A stretch of DNA of 63,038 nucleotides, counting the filler, from Licmophora abbreviata (taxonomy: Eukaryota), in assembly GCA_900291995.1 (NCBI GenBank). It is 11 parts of 11 records of this genome, joined end to end, with 100 filler letters (N's around TTAATTAATTAA, not from the genome) between each part and the next. Parts side by side here need not be neighbours in the genome. Positions count along the whole stretch, not along the records: positions 21,761 to 29,145 come from OLMU01000140.1; positions 29,246 to 34,926 come from OLMU01000141.1; positions 35,027 to 39,292 come from OLMU01000142.1; 8 more parts are not named here. One strand, written 5' to 3'. Positions 23,137-36,764 of this stretch are shown one piece after another. The translations under genes and the position numbers were made by a program. The first letter of the stretch is position 1, and each line of letters opens with the position of its first letter. The notes beneath the pieces were generated by a model. It saw only the letters and a program-made list of their open reading frames with translations, was not told where the DNA came from and made no database searches.

Positions 23137-24890
23137 TTATCGTCCCTTGAAAAGTGACTCGACATCTCCGACTGTCGTTCCGACCGTCAAGAAGAGCAGA
23201 AAGAGGATCGCGATACTTGTTACCCCTTCCTGAACGCGCTGGTCCACTTTACGTCCAGACACAGCCTCTGCTAGTACAAACACGAGTTGCCCCCCGTCTA
23301 GGGCGGGTATCGGCAAGGAGTTCACCACGGCGAGGTTGACGCTGAGAGCGGCAGCGAAGGTCAACACTGCCGTCAGGTCGGACGTTGATACAACCTCCGA
23401 GCCCTGGCGTATGAGGCCGATCGGACCAGAGACGGACTGACTGGCAGACCCGCCACCGCCCTTTGTCAACGAGCCAAAGAATGCAAGCAGACCATTCGCC
23501 GTTTCGGCGGTTAGTTCAGACACACCACGAGCAGCCAATCTGGTCGCTTCCACAACGGAGTCGGAGCGAATCAATGTGGTTCGAACAAAGTTGGGCCGAA
23601 GCATGGCACCAATACTCTGAGGTCCCGTATTGCCAAATTCATCAACAACACTCTTCGGTGTGACTGACAGAGCGACGGGACTCTTGGACTTATCGCGGAG
23701 GACTGATAAATCAATAGACTCTCCCTCTTGTGTACCACGAATCTCATCAATAAAATCCGAAATCGCTCGCTGCGCCACAGCAGCGTTGGGCGAATCTGTT
23801 AGCGTCAATGGGGAGCCTGTTTTAAAAAGTATAGAGAGCAATGAATCGTAAGCGGTCTGTGCACGACAACGAAATCAACTCCTGTGTGATGATGATCATG
23901 TTCCTCACCATTCACGCCGACAATGACATCTCCAGGCCTGAGGATTCCTTTGGACGCCGCATCAGCTCGAGGAATGGACGTGACTACAGCACCTTGTCCA
24001 AAGACCGGTTGCGGAAGGCCACTACCGTTGTGGATCTCTCCAAAGAAGATCGAAAACGCCAACAAGATATTGAATGCGACTCCACCGCTCAGTACCATCG
24101 CACGCTGTGGCCATGGCCGGTTCTGCAACAAGTCGGGATCGTCGTAGTACTCGATTTCAAATGTCGACGCGGTTTCTTGCTCTTGTTTGTTTGACTTGAA
24201 AACTCTTCTCCACCACGGTTTGCTCTGTTCTTCCAGTTCCTTTCGCTGTTGCTCAACTTCACGGCGCTTCCGTTCGTAGCCGCCCAGTGTGAGGACATTC
24301 ATGAGTCCCGATAAAAGCGTGCCCTCTCCATCGCTCTGCCTCGCTTGTTGCTGCTGCTGAGCCTGTCGTTCCATCGCCGCTTCCTGCAGCTCATAAACCT
24401 GGCTTGCATTGTAATTTTCCGGAAACATGACGTACCCCCCGAGTGGCACAGCCCTCAGACTAAAGTCATCTCCAAAGGCCCGAAATCCAAGAAGCTTGGG
24501 TCCGACGCCTACACTAAATTCTTGTACCTTGATTCCCAAGCTGCGCGCTGCAGTATAATGGCCTGCCTCATGAATCAAGACAACAGTGGCAAGGACGGCC
24601 AGTGATCCAAGAGGCGAGCCGACGGCAGACAAGAGCGGATTCGTGATGGCCGTCAGGGACGTGGAGATGGATCGTGTGGTGGTGCATCTGGACTCCTTGA
24701 CAGGGGTGAACTTTGATAGAAGGTTTGACTTTGATGCGACATGTTGGTACTGTCTCGTCGTCGTAGTCGTCGTGAAGCTGGACGGAAGTGATGGCTGAAA
24801 AGCGACCGACGGTGCGACACAGTACTGATTCAGAAACAGAGCAATGAGGGCAATGCCCGGCGTCACTGTTCTTGCCTGGAATCCGATCAT
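23137..24890 (-). CDS. Plastid RseP/AraSP-type M50 site-2 metalloprotease with PDZ domain (intron 23817-23908)
   Basis: IHEAGHY, EFSVGVGP, LRAVPLGGYV, VLSGGVAFN, SGPIG, NSLPIPALDGG. SVAF bipartite presequence. Confidence 0.92.
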
Positions 24891-25245
24891 TGTCCTTTCC
24901 GATTCACTCCTTTGGTCGTTCTTATAGTAGAGTCTCGTTGTAGGCTATCCAACATTGACAGTGGAGGAACACCGTCCTCATTGGGCATCATTATGTGACG
25001 ACGACGAGATGAGATGACACAGCAACGCAGAAAAAGCGCGCGGAGAAATATGTAGTCGCGCGACGAGATGAGATTGTTTCAACTGATGCCGTCGCGGCGA
25101 CCATGCCGATGCTGCAACAATGTTGCCTGTTCGCTCGACGGTCGATTGCTTTTGCAGCGTCCTTTCACCTCTCAGAGTCGTCAGTCTAAGTCCCCTACAT
25201 AGCCGATCACCGTGAGAGTAGTCCGAAGTACGTCGTACTTCTAAA

Positions 25246-26489
25246 ATGATGAACATGACATTATTGGCGCTGCGGCGCACCTCTCCATTGGCAGCTGCAG
25301 CGGCAGCATCCTCTCTCTGGGCGTCGATTGAAATTTCTTCTTGCGAGGACGATGCGTCTCTCATGCGACGACCTAAGCTTCTCTTTCTGGGCTCCGGATC
25401 CTCTACTGGCTGCCCTAGGCCGGTCTGTGCCATGCTCTTTCAGAAGCACCAGCATCCATCCAACGATGATCTTCGTGAACAGTTGCTGGAGTTCTGTAGC
25501 ACCAGCAACGTTGCCATTCAGGGCGATCCAAAGAAAAACAAAGACTATCGTAACAATCCTTCTCTACTTATTTCGCACTATGAGTCTGGGGAATGCAAGA
25601 ATATAGTTATTGATGCTGGAAAGACCTTTCGGGAAACAGCGCTCCGATGGATGCCCCACCATGGCATCGAACGTCTTGATGCCATCATTTTGACTCACCA
25701 TCACATGGTATGTGCGCCAGTCTTGAACCCATGGTTTCCGTTCGCCAAGGGTGGCTTATTTGATGAACTCCTACTCACGCCACTGGCTTCTTTTTCATAC
25801 AGGACGCCGTCGGTGGCCTCGACGACGTGCGAGGGTTTCAGCACATTGTCAGTACACGGCGTTTCATGACGGGAAAGGGAGTCGCGCCGCCTCCTGAAAG
25901 GATACCGCTGCCCCTCTTTCTATCACAGGAATGTCTCGATCAAGTATCTGGTCAATTCCCATGGCTTTTTCCCAAGCAGGCAAAGCCTGCTGCTGTCAGC
26001 ACTGACGACGACAAAAAGCCAAAGGTGAAGCGAGATGTGGCGGCGTTAGACGTGAATGTCCTGGAAAACTATCGACCTTTCAATGTGTACGGCCTCGAAA
26101 TAACGCCTCTTCCTGTTCTGCATGGTGTGGACTTGGAAAGTCTGGGGTTCTCCTTTTCCGTCACTGGCTCAGATGGAACCAAGAAGAACGTCGTGTATAT
26201 CTCTGATATTTCCCACATGATTCCGGAGACGCTCGAGTACATCCGGTCCAAATTACCGGAAACGGACATTTTCATTGTTGATACACTCTTGGAGACACGA
26301 ATGCATCCGGTCCACTTCAATTTGCGGCAGGCCATAGCCCTATCGAAAGAAATTGGTGCGAGACAGACGTACTTGATCGGCATGAGTTGTGATGCCTTTC
26401 CGCCGCACGACGAAATGAATGCACGCTTAGCGAACGAGATGGATCACAATGTCATCTTTGCTCATGATGGGCTAGTTCTTTACCTCTAA
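25246..26489 (+). CDS. PhnP-like metallo-beta-lactamase-fold hydrolase (intron ~25708-25802)
   Basis: FLGSGSSTGCP, YRNNPSLL, IDAGKTFRE, LTHHHM|DAVGGLDD, PVLHG, YISD, FAHDGL. Confidence 0.88.
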
Positions 26490-26540
26490 AACTAGAGTTT
26501 TAGAAAGATAGTCTCGCCGGTCCGCGCTCCATTCGATAAC

Positions 26541-27365
26541 TTACTTCGAACCAGGTGGGCTCTCTCGTTTTTGTTCCGCTTGTCTAAATTCACGGAACTT
26601 GGCAGTTGCACCACGTTGAAAGGACTGGATGGCAAACTGTGCCACCGTCTCATTGATGGTATCGGACGCTGCCTTCAATACCGGCTCGGGCAAAATTCGC
26701 ATGGGTGGCGGCAGCAGTCCACTCGAAGCGAATGAAATCTTGCCCGTCACTCCCGTACCCTGCGCCGTCGGTCGCAACTCACCAACGACTTCAATAGAAA
26801 TTCCGAGCGACTCTGCAGATACACCCAAGCCAGGCAACAATTGAATGTTTGGATCGAAACTAGTCGACTGCAACAAAAAGACCGGCTTGTCGTCGTCTTG
26901 CACTTCCGTCCACATTTTTACGTCGACACTGGGCTTGAGAGTGATCGTGACAAACTGCAGCGTCATAATTTGCAGTCGAAAGATGGAGTCGCCCAATTCT
27001 TGAATCAGCTTTTCATCCCAAATGCTCAGAGCGACGCGTCGTTCGTCCGACAGCCAGCGCTGGATGGTTTCGGGGTTGGGTGTGCTGTCGAGCTGAGTCA
27101 CAAGATTCGCCGTGGATCCGAATTCGACAGTTCCGCGCATGCGATCCAAGGAAAAGTAAGGTCCACTTCGATCCAAGAGCGTACTTCTTCGCCGTTGTTG
27201 CTGGGGCGTCAACTTGGGGAGCGCTGACGATGATTTGGTAGAGAAGAGTGCCGAAGAAGCCGCAGGTCGGCGCTGTCCGAACGCAAGTTTCTTCGTGGAA
27301 AAGGAAAGACACTGTCCCATGAGCAGGCTCCAAAGGCACAAGCTCACAAACCTAATTGACTTCAT
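26541..27365 (-). CDS. Plastid-targeted DUF1997-like protein
   Basis: Signal peptide + CLSF. FRLQIMTLQFVTITLKPSVDV and LPPPMRILPEPVL resemble DUF1997. Confidence 0.55.
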   Translation of the reverse strand: MKSIRFVSLCLWSLLMGQCLSFSTKKLAFGQRRPAASSALFSTKSSSALPKLTPQQQRRRSTLLDRSGPYFSLDRMRGTVEFGSTANLVTQLDSTPNPETIQRWLSDERRVALSIWDEKLIQELGDSIFRLQIMTLQFVTITLKPSVDVKMWTEVQDDDKPVFLLQSTSFDPNIQLLPGLGVSAESLGISIEVVGELRPTAQGTGVTGKISFASSGLLPPPMRILPEPVLKAASDTINETVAQFAIQSFQRGATAKFREFRQAEQKRESPPGSK

Positions 27366-27739
27366 GGTCGATTATCAATGTACAGAAACCTGATAAGCTG
27401 TTGGAAGCAGCGGCAACGCGCTGATGATGAAAATGAATGATGGTCGCGCTGTAAACTTAAACGTTTGGGGTGATGACGATGACGCGATGTTCGAATGTGA
27501 TAGAGAAAAGAGAAAATGCAAGTTGATTTCGGCAAAACCTTCCTCATTTTTTTCAGATTCCTAAGATCCGTTGACATTATTGCTGGTCGTCTTCATCACT
27601 CATGACTGACTTCAAGGTCGTCTTCAGTCACGAGTGGCGCGCCGCCACACGCCACACAGAATAGCAAAAGATCATCACGATATCGCGATCAGATCTCGTT
27701 GTCGCAACACTCTGATAATATTGGAGCTGTGAACGCAAC

Positions 27740-29036
27740 ATGAAGTCTTCTATCCTGCTGTATCTCGGAATCGTTTTAGTGGCGCTGTTGGCTGTACTTC
27801 TGGGATATCCACAGCCCAAATTGGATTTTGAGCGCGATATTTTGCCCCTGGCGAAAGCACGCATGGGGATCGCGACGACCGCAAGCACGGCGACTCCTCT
27901 GGACGGTCTTGTGGTGGTGATTACGGGCGCGACGGCTGGGATAGGGAAAAGCATGACACATGCGCTTATCAGTATGGGTGCTACAGTAGTGGCGATTGGT
28001 AGATCGAAAGAAAAGCTTGACGCCCTCAAGCACAGCGTCAATCAAGATGCGGGAAGGCTGATTCCTGTAGTGGCCGAACTGAGTGACTTGGAGTCCGTTT
28101 CCAGAGCTTCTGATGCCATTCAGGAACAGTTTCACCACATAGATGTCCTGATCAACAATGCAGGCATGCATTATGCCTGGTCGACCTTTCATCATCCTCT
28201 CACGCCACAGGGCTACGATCTCTCGTTCGGCGGTGAGTACTACTATACTCGTACGCTATACTCGAAGAGATTTGCATGTCTGTTTCGCGCTTTTGACTCT
28301 GATTGATTCTCACTCTGACAATTTGTTTGAACATTTAGTGAATTACCTTTCACACTTTCTCTTGACGGAGCGAATGGTCCCGCTCCTGCGAAATTCGGGA
28401 CGCCCTTCCATCGTCCAGGTGTCGTCTTCGTTTCATTTGGCCGTTGACGGGTCCGACCTGCTGCCCCAGAAGGATGGAAGTGGCCCGATTGCCAGTCAAA
28501 AGGGAGCGACGAAACTAAGGCTATGGCGAGACCAACGTGCCTATTCCAACGCGAAACTAGCGCAGGTGCTACACATGCGGTCGCTGCAGCGAGAGTATAC
28601 CGACATTCATTCTGTCAGCGTCTGCCCGGGATGGGTCGGGACAAACATTGCGGGGGGATCCCATCGTCTGGTCTATCACATCTTATCCAGCCTGGCCTTT
28701 CCAGTCGATGGGTTTGGTCTGAATTCCTTGCTGCATGCCGTATTACGCACTGAGTACGATGATGACGAAGAGCACGGCAAAGGAGATTTCCTCTACAATT
28801 CACGATTTGTGGCCCTCGCGTTTTCCAAATGTCCAAAGTGGATGCTCAGTCCTCGCATGTACGAACTGGGTATTCGGGACGCGGTCATGTTTGCATTGGC
28901 TTCCGTCATGCTGGTAGCGCAGAAGTTCACGCCGGAGGTGCATGCTTACGCGTCATCACCGGAGAGTTACAGCGTCGAGCTGCAGGATGAGCTCTTCGCA
29001 TGGAGTCGAAGCGCGGTGGCCGGGTTTCACTCGTAG
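27740..29036 (+). CDS. Short-chain dehydrogenase/reductase (retinol dehydrogenase/WWOX-like) with N-terminal anchor (intron ~28233-28338)
   Basis: VITGATAGIG, LINNAG, VNYLSHFLLT, VSS, YSNAK (YxxxK), CPGWVGT. Confidence 0.9.
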
Positions 29037-29265
29037 AAACGACTTAGGCGTTGGCGACAAACATATAGAATATCACTTCAATACTAGCGACTAATAAGTT
29101 GTGTAATAGGAAAGACAGTCTCGCACGTCAGTAGCAAACCCCAACNNNNNNNNNNNNNNNNNNNNNNNNNNNNNNNNNNNNNNNNNNNNTTAATTAATTA
29201 ANNNNNNNNNNNNNNNNNNNNNNNNNNNNNNNNNNNNNNNNNNNNTTTCACAATGGATGACAGGG

Positions 29266-31656
29266 TCACTGTACTAGCATCGCAGCCACATCATTCGAAA
29301 GCAGTCTTGCGAAGAAGAATACGTCCGTCCAGTACTCATGCATCTGGAAGATATCACTCTTCTTTACCAGAATGCTTTGTTTGATTTTGGGAACGTCACT
29401 GACTGCCGTATGAACGTAGACCTCAGCGTCGCGATCCAGATGACCCGCTGTCTCAATCTCGAAGCTAGTGCACCATTTGATGGGGATCGACTTGTATTCA
29501 ACCTTCTTCCCTCGCAAACCTTGGACGTCGATTATCATCACACGGTGTGTAGTGTATACGTACATGTCTCGTCCTTGCCGATAGGCTCGTTCAACTCTCT
29601 CGTCGCTCAACAGGATAGCTGGCTCATTGTGTAGCTGGCTATCAACCACCGCTGCGTCTTCTTCCTCTGAGTTATCCGTAAGCCACGAAAGGAAGCTTCC
29701 TAGTCCGGCTGAATTCGTAGTTTCAATGGGCGACGCAGTGCTGCTAAAGTATCGGGCGGCATCTTCTTCGCTGCCTATCACAATGGCAGACAAGAACTTC
29801 TGGATGGCGATAATGTCCGCTTTGCCTTTGCGAAAGTCCATGGCAAACTTCTTAAGATCCCAGAGGTTTCGTGTGTAGATATCAACCTCAGAGTCCCGGT
29901 CCCAGCCTCCAGCTGACTCGGCTGAAAAGCCTCGAACGCTTGCGTACGGGATGCTGGTGTACGCAATCTTCTTTCCTGACCAGCCTTGAACGTCCATTTC
30001 TGTGCAAGTACGCGAGGCGCAAAAGTCAGTGTATTAGCTTGGATTTTCTACAATGTCAGACCTTCGCATTCCACTTACCCAAGATTCGCATGTTTGTAAA
30101 GAGCGTGATATCGCGACCAGATTTGAATGCCATGACAATATTCTCATTATCTAGAAGGATTGGGTTCGTAGTGTGGAGCTCCTGATTGAGTTCGGCCGGA
30201 TCAATCGCCCGCTGGTCATCGCCAATCTTTGACAAAAACTTCTCGAATCCTCGCTCTTCGGGCGACGTCATGATTGCATTCGGCGATATCTGAACGCTCG
30301 GCGTCCCCTGAAGGAGTCTCAGCGAGAGGTATTTCTTCAGGACCATAATGTCCACCAGATTCTTGTTGAAATCTAACTCCAGAGCTGACATTCCGGGCGT
30401 ATCAGGGTCATCTCCCTGGCCAGGGTCGAACATCATGTCTGTCCACAACATGACTTCCGCATCTGTATCCATGTGCTTTCCGGCAGTCTTGACTCCAAAC
30501 CCGACGATCCGTTTCCAGGGGACACTTGTATACTCGATCTTCGCGCCTTTCCAGCCCTTTGGATCAATGTCGATCAGTCGCTTCGTTGTAAAAAGTGTTA
30601 AGTCACGCCGCCCTTTGAAGGCAAACTCGACGTGCTCGCTGCTTTGAAGAATAGGAATTTCAGAGTGATAATAGCGATCCATCTCCACTGCATCTAGAGG
30701 ACGCTGGTTGTCACGGAACCACCAACTTGTCTTGGGATCCATGTGGCCCTGACGACGATCAACGTCGGGAGCGGCCGACTTGTCTTCGCCCAAAATGCGA
30801 TTGGATAGGTACTTCTGGATCGCGATGACATTAGCCCTGCTCCTCCGAAAGTCTTGGCCAATTTTGCTCTTGAGAGGGATATTTGTGTAGATAGTCATTT
30901 CGGTGTCACGGTCCAAGTAAAACCAGCCGTTTCGACAGCGAATCCGCTGATGCTCCTCCACGTGAGAGAGAAGAATTCTACCTTTTTCCCCGTAAGACCT
31001 TTGACATCGATGATAAGCATCCGCTTGTTGGTGAAGACGGTGGAGTCGCGTCCAGCCTTGAATGCCATCTCGACTTTTTCGTCTTGGAGCAAGATAGGAT
31101 TCTCATTCTTGAGCCTCGATTCCACTTCGCTGGGTAGCAGCTGCTTCGCGTTGTCACCGAACCAGTCAATAAGATTACCGAGTTTACTCTGTTTGTTGGT
31201 CAGAGGGGGTGGAGTGCCTTCAACAAAGTCTTCAGTTCCAAGCTCATGAGCCCAGTCGACTTTGGAGTTCAAAAATTGTTGAACAGCAAAGATGTCGACT
31301 TGGCCTTTGGCGAAATCTATCGACAGTGTCGTGAATCCAGCGGCCCAAACGTGGAGCTCCACATCTCCGTCGATGAACTGTCCCGCCGTCTCCACCGAGA
31401 ATGCCTTGATTGACTTGTACGGAACGCTCAAGTAGTTGCGTCTCTTGCTACCGATGCCCTTTCCATCCTTGATGAGGATTCTGTGGGAGGTCAAATACGA
31501 CTTGTCCCGGCCAACGCCGCCTCGGCCCTTGAACGCCAGCTCGATTTGTTCCTTGGGATGCAGCAGGAGAGGATACTTTTCCCTGACCTTCGCTTCTTCC
31601 TCGGCTGCGTTAACTTGGAAGGCGTTGTCGCCCAGGAAAGATCCAAACACTGACAT
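29266..31656 (-). CDS. Protein of five tandem bacterial-type PH (bPH_1/PF08000-like) domains (intron 30000-30078; frameshift at ~30920)
   Basis: Five repeats of LL..E.(I/V)..AFK..RD...FT..R(I/L)..D..G..GKK..Y.SIP...I..F.VETAG..D.D.E...DF.....I..Q.(F/Y)L. Confidence 0.85.
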
Positions 31657-31939
31657 GGCAGGTGTTATTGCTCGTAGTTCTCTTTGTGCAGCAAGGGGCA
31701 AAGCTTCAATATGTTTGCTGTCGTTGTGGGTCGTGGCCTTCGCGTCGTCAGTCACAAGCGTGTTGATGTTTGCTGAGAGTGTCGCGACCCCTTCGACCAG
31801 GAATACATTATTTTCATGTGCTCCTGCCTTCGACTGAGTCGAGTCTAGTTCGTCCTTTTGGACTGCATCATAACTTTTTGGAACACAGCTCAATTGAGAG
31901 CACCCATCCCGTTGCAACCGTTGCTTGGCAGCAAAGAGA

Positions 31940-33434
31940 ATGAGCTCTTCAGAGTCAGATTCGGGCGATGAGAATGAGGAAGTTGAGGAAGTTCTGGAGG
32001 ACGAGCTGTACGATCACGATTGGCAAGACGAGAATCCTTCCGTGTTCTCGAGGCTTGCCATCTTCGGAGACTCTCCATGGTCCCTCTTGACGTCTTTCTC
32101 GATGATGTTCATCGCCATTGCCATCGTGTACGTCTTGGATGAGTCTCCGTTGCAAGAACAGGCGTCTTTTCCTCCCCTAGGCCCGCTTCCAAAGATCGAT
32201 CCTCCTCACATTTTCACTCTCAGTGTCCAAGTCGACGACGAAGCCACGCCATCGACGGAAATACGAAGGGCCTACGACAGGGACGGGGTTGTCTGTGTAC
32301 GAGGTCTCTTATCAGAAGACCAGCTACAACGACTGGACACTGCCTCGTCTATTTTGATTCAGGAACAACAAGAGCAAGACTCGCGGCGCCCACTCAAACG
32401 AACTGGCACTCAGTTCCACACGGTGCGACAAGGAACAGTCTTCCGAGCACATGATTCAGTGCGAGACCAGGATACTCCAGTGGCTGCTACCTTTCAAGAG
32501 ATTGCCTTACATTCGGCCGTTCCCCACTTTGCAGCTGCTCTCCTGCAGCTTCCAAGCGATGCTTCCAACAGCAACATGCGTTTGATGCGGTAAGGAATGG
32601 AAGGCGCTCTCAATTCGCCGTATAGCGTGTGTGCGAAGCGTCTTCATCTCTCACGACCTTCACCCCGTCTTGTTACATACCAGCGACATTTTCCTCGCCA
32701 AAGACGAAGAGCAGTATGTTTGTGGATGGCATGTAGACGATACCGGTTTCTGGCCTGCTACAGCAGAAGCATCTGGCGTGAACGCCTGGATAGCCATTGA
32801 CGACATGCCTCGTCGACGAGGCGGAGGCTTTGCTCTGGCAGTCGGATCGCATGTGGCACCATGGCATGACGAAGCTCATCATGTGACAGGATCAACCATG
32901 ACATTCCCGAAGGATGGATTTCGTGACGCAGCTGATATGGCAGCCAATCGAACGGGCTCTGGAACTTGCAATATCAGAACGGCGGCTCCTCACATACACA
33001 AGCGAATGGAGCAAACGAAACGGATCTACAATGTCAAACGTGGCGACGTGATCTTTCACACGCGCTGGCTCTTTCACCGGACAGTTCCCTTTGATAGAAA
33101 CGCAAGATCCAATGACACGAATGATGAAATTTATCGACGCTATTCGGTGCGATACGGTCCAGGTTCGTCTCGTATCCCTCCTGGATACGGACTCGAGCCG
33201 AGCGTACTATGGAACGAACAGAATGCCGGAAGAACGGCCGATGAGGTGGCCTTGCAAGATGGACCGTGGTATCCGCAATGTTGGCCGAGCACAGATGAGA
33301 AGGAGCTCGAACAGATTGGGGTTCTAATCGACGAGAGACTTCCTGTCGCCGAAGAGAGGCGGAAGGAAAGACGGCACGACATTCAAAAATATCTGGACAA
33401 AGTCGGAAAGGGAAGGCACAAGAGCCAGCACTAA
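31940..33434 (+). CDS. PhyH-family 2OG/Fe(II) dioxygenase with N-terminal TM (intron ~32590-32683)
   Basis: AYDRDGVVCVRGLLS, GWHVDD (HxD), VNAWIAIDD, GSH, GDVIFHTRWLFHRT, RRYSVRY. Confidence 0.85.
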
Positions 33435-33489
33435 TATGGTCGATCGATCGTATTGGAACATCTTCTACACGTCCGAAAGTAAACGAACA

Positions 33490-36400
33490 CTACGAGACGC
33501 CAAGGCGAGACAGTGCATTGTCGCAAAATTCTTCGATCCCTGCATTGTTGCAGATCGATCGAACGTTGGCGATTCGCCGCCCATCCCGGAGCCTTGCTGC
33601 TTCACCAACTGCTTTCTTCCACATACGAGCCTCGCAAAATAGATCGTATCGCTCTTCCGGAATCGCAACTCTTTCAATGTAGCGCAAAATTTCTGGCGAG
33701 CTTTGGTCGCCCTTAATGGCAGCACGGGCGAAAGGCTTGAATCCGATAGGAGGTTTCGTTTTGGAGTCGGCCAGTGCTCGTAGATTCGCCCATTGGTCAC
33801 TCTCTGCGAACGCTTTCACTTTGACATGCCAAAACCGACGCTCCGGGACCCGAAACTTCTTGGCAAGCTTCTCGGCGTCGTTTAACAATCTATGTGTTTC
33901 GCGCTTGTTCCTCGCAGCATAGTGGATCACCGAAACTATTAGCGCCGTCACGGACGAAGCATCGGGAACGACCTCGGGCGTTCCATATTTTGATCGTAGG
34001 ACCTCTTGAGAGTCAAGTAACGCGATATAGTCGTCGGTACACTGTTTATGAAACGCCGTTTCTTTTCCAAGTCCAAGGACACGCGAAGATTCCTACTCGC
34101 GTACAGAAGAGAAAAAGCGATGAGTTCGCGTCTTCCGCACGATAAACATACGTATGTGAGTGGTCACAATGAGGTAACCACAGCTCTCCCTTACCTTCAA
34201 CATGCCCATCCCCTCTCGCTCATCGGGGTTGCTCATGCCTCGTTTTGCCATCACGGCTCCGGCATCAACGAAACGATTTGCCCGCAGAAGCAAGTTCATG
34301 ACATGCTTTACCTCCGGCATGGCTCCATAGTATCGCTGCAGAGTGTTGACACTTTCAGGAGTGAACTTTGTTACGACAGTTCCCAGAAACGATGCCTGTC
34401 CTGACGACATGTCCTTCGCTGAAGACATGCATGCTTTCTCACATTCCATAAGAGAATAGAAAATGAATTCCGCATCTCTGTGATGGGAGCAGTGAATCAG
34501 ATTAGGGGTCATCCCGGGTGTACCAAACGCATGCACCTCACCAAACTTCTACCTTCTCTTACCTAGCATTCGTTGCCACCGCCGAAGCGTCCGCAAAGGA
34601 CTGTGCACTAATCAACGCCGGCACCTTATCGGCGACACTTGTCTCGAGCATAAGCAGCAAATTCGCCACTCCTGGTCTTCCAGCGCGAATCGCAGCAAGC
34701 GCCACTGTGGCATATGCGCCGCTGTTCACATTATACGCTTTGCTGCCCGGATCCGTCGTTCGAATATCATCCTGGTCGGCTTCTTCGTTAATTGTACGAA
34801 TCGCCGCTTCCGCCACTTCGGCATCTGAGGAGTTCCCGGGGTAGCTGGCTACAAGAGCCGCGGCCTTGGAAGCTCGAGCAAAGAGCTGAACTGACCTCGG
34901 AAGTTCGAGATACATACAAATGGAAGNNNNNNNNNNNNNNNNNNNNNNNNNNNNNNNNNNNNNNNNNNNNTTAATTAATTAANNNNNNNNNNNNNNNNNN
35001 NNNNNNNNNNNNNNNNNNNNNNNNNNCCCGAGCTGCCTCGTCGGAAGCAGCAGACCCAGAGTCAAAGGCGTCTGACGCATCCAAAAGCATGGCGGCTGGC
35101 TCAATCGAGCCAATGCGCAGGAGCAACGCAGTCGAGGGTGGCACCCGTTGCAGAAGCTCCACAGATGCGTCGCTTATGACACGGCAACAGTCTATTTCCG
35201 GAATAAGGTAGAGATTCTCAACGTCCTCGTAGGGAAACCGCAACCAGTCGCCGTATGGGCCAACCATAAGGACGCCTAGGTTTTTCCAATGAAGGACGAC
35301 ACTGCAGAAGCGCAAGCAAATTCATGTGAGCCAGTTGATGTAGACCGTACTGCGAGACACACAAGCTGATCGATTCATCCACCCTCCGCCTCACCTGTCT
35401 TCTCCGCACCACTTCATGTCAAGAGGAGGCGCCGACGATCCCTCCGAAGTGTCAAAGTCGAGAACTTTCGTTTCAAATGATGTCGAGATCACGGTCAGGA
35501 TAGACGACTGCGTAAAACATGCAAGAAAACGACCATTCGGAGCAAATGTCATGGCCACAATTGGGGAGGAGATACGCTCACGACATTCAACGTCAACCAT
35601 CTCAGTTGTGACGGTGTTGACAACCACAACTGAATTATCGGAAGTGGACAAGAAGACGTCCGGATGCCGAGACGTAGTGTGAACACGAGGTAGAACCGCA
35701 ATGGACGCGTAGCTGAAGTTATGATTGCTACAATACGCGAGAAGAAAAAAGAGGTCAGATCGGAAATGACTTGCGATAAGGACGCAGTACTCGCTGCGTG
35801 CTTACCTTGCATATCCTGCTGTAGACAGCGGAGTGACTATGGCAAAGTGCGAGGGCGACGATTCGCCTTGCTGCATGCCACCAGCAACAATATCGCCCCC
35901 CGTAAAGTTCGATGAGGTCGGAAAGATCTGGCGTGATGCCAAATGACAACCATCAATGTATGCAAGATCGTCGTGATCATCCAAGAGCTCCGCGATGGCA
36001 GCTTGCATGTTTGCTCCCAGCACCGCCACGCCGCCGTCGTACACAGTCGCCTGCAGTAGTTCCGTCCCCGACCCCTCGCTACTAGGCATGATGTGAAACG
36101 GAGGAAGAACGGGAGTTCCATCCACGGCATACGTGAGACAAAGAGAGTCGCGCATGACGAGCAAAAGTGCCATACGATCCGTGAAGCCCATTGTCATGAC
36201 GTCGGACGCAGAGTACATGCGCGAAAGTTCTCTCGGAGGAAACGTTATATTAGATAAGGATCGCCCTGCATTTGTCATGATTCGTATTTCCGTCGTCGTC
36301 ATGGACGTATTTGACAGAGTGCCAACAACGGGGAGCGTCATGGCCGCAATCGGTCCCCCATGCGGACAACCGACGACTCTGGTCACCGTCGTATTAGCCA

Positions 36401-36764
36401 GAAGCTCTCGTACATCGCGAATACTCAAGAGCTGCGACTGACTTTGACTGTAGGACGCCGGAAAAGCCGCGAGTCCATGGTTGAAAGAGTCGCCATCGTC
36501 TTCGGAGTCCTTGGCAAGACGCTTCCATCGTACGCTCGAATATACGGGGACTCGTCGGTAAGGCAAGTCGCCGAGGAACTTCCACGTCGACTCCTCTGGC
36601 ACATCTGCTCCACCGGTACTCGGAGACGGGTCATCGAGCGCATCTTGATTCACCCGATGCGATTCCCCATCGGAGGAGTCGGTGTCGAAAGGATTCGTGG
36701 AGACATTTAAGGGATCGCCAGCGCCGTGGTCTGGATCCTCGAATGGGTTGGTGCCAGGCGCCAT
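33490..36764 (-). CDS. VPS16: Vacuolar protein sorting 16 (HOPS/CORVET subunit), multi-exon, spans gap
   Basis: GGPIAA, MKWCGED, LIPEIDCCRVIS, AEKLAKKFRVPERRFWHVKVKAFA..QW..L..A..K.PPIGFKPFA. Confidence 0.92.

Noticed and set aside
30895..30961. Programmed ribosomal frameshifting in the bPH gene and others
   Set aside because: No slippery heptamer with a downstream structure seen. The homopolymer-error pattern explains all five cases.
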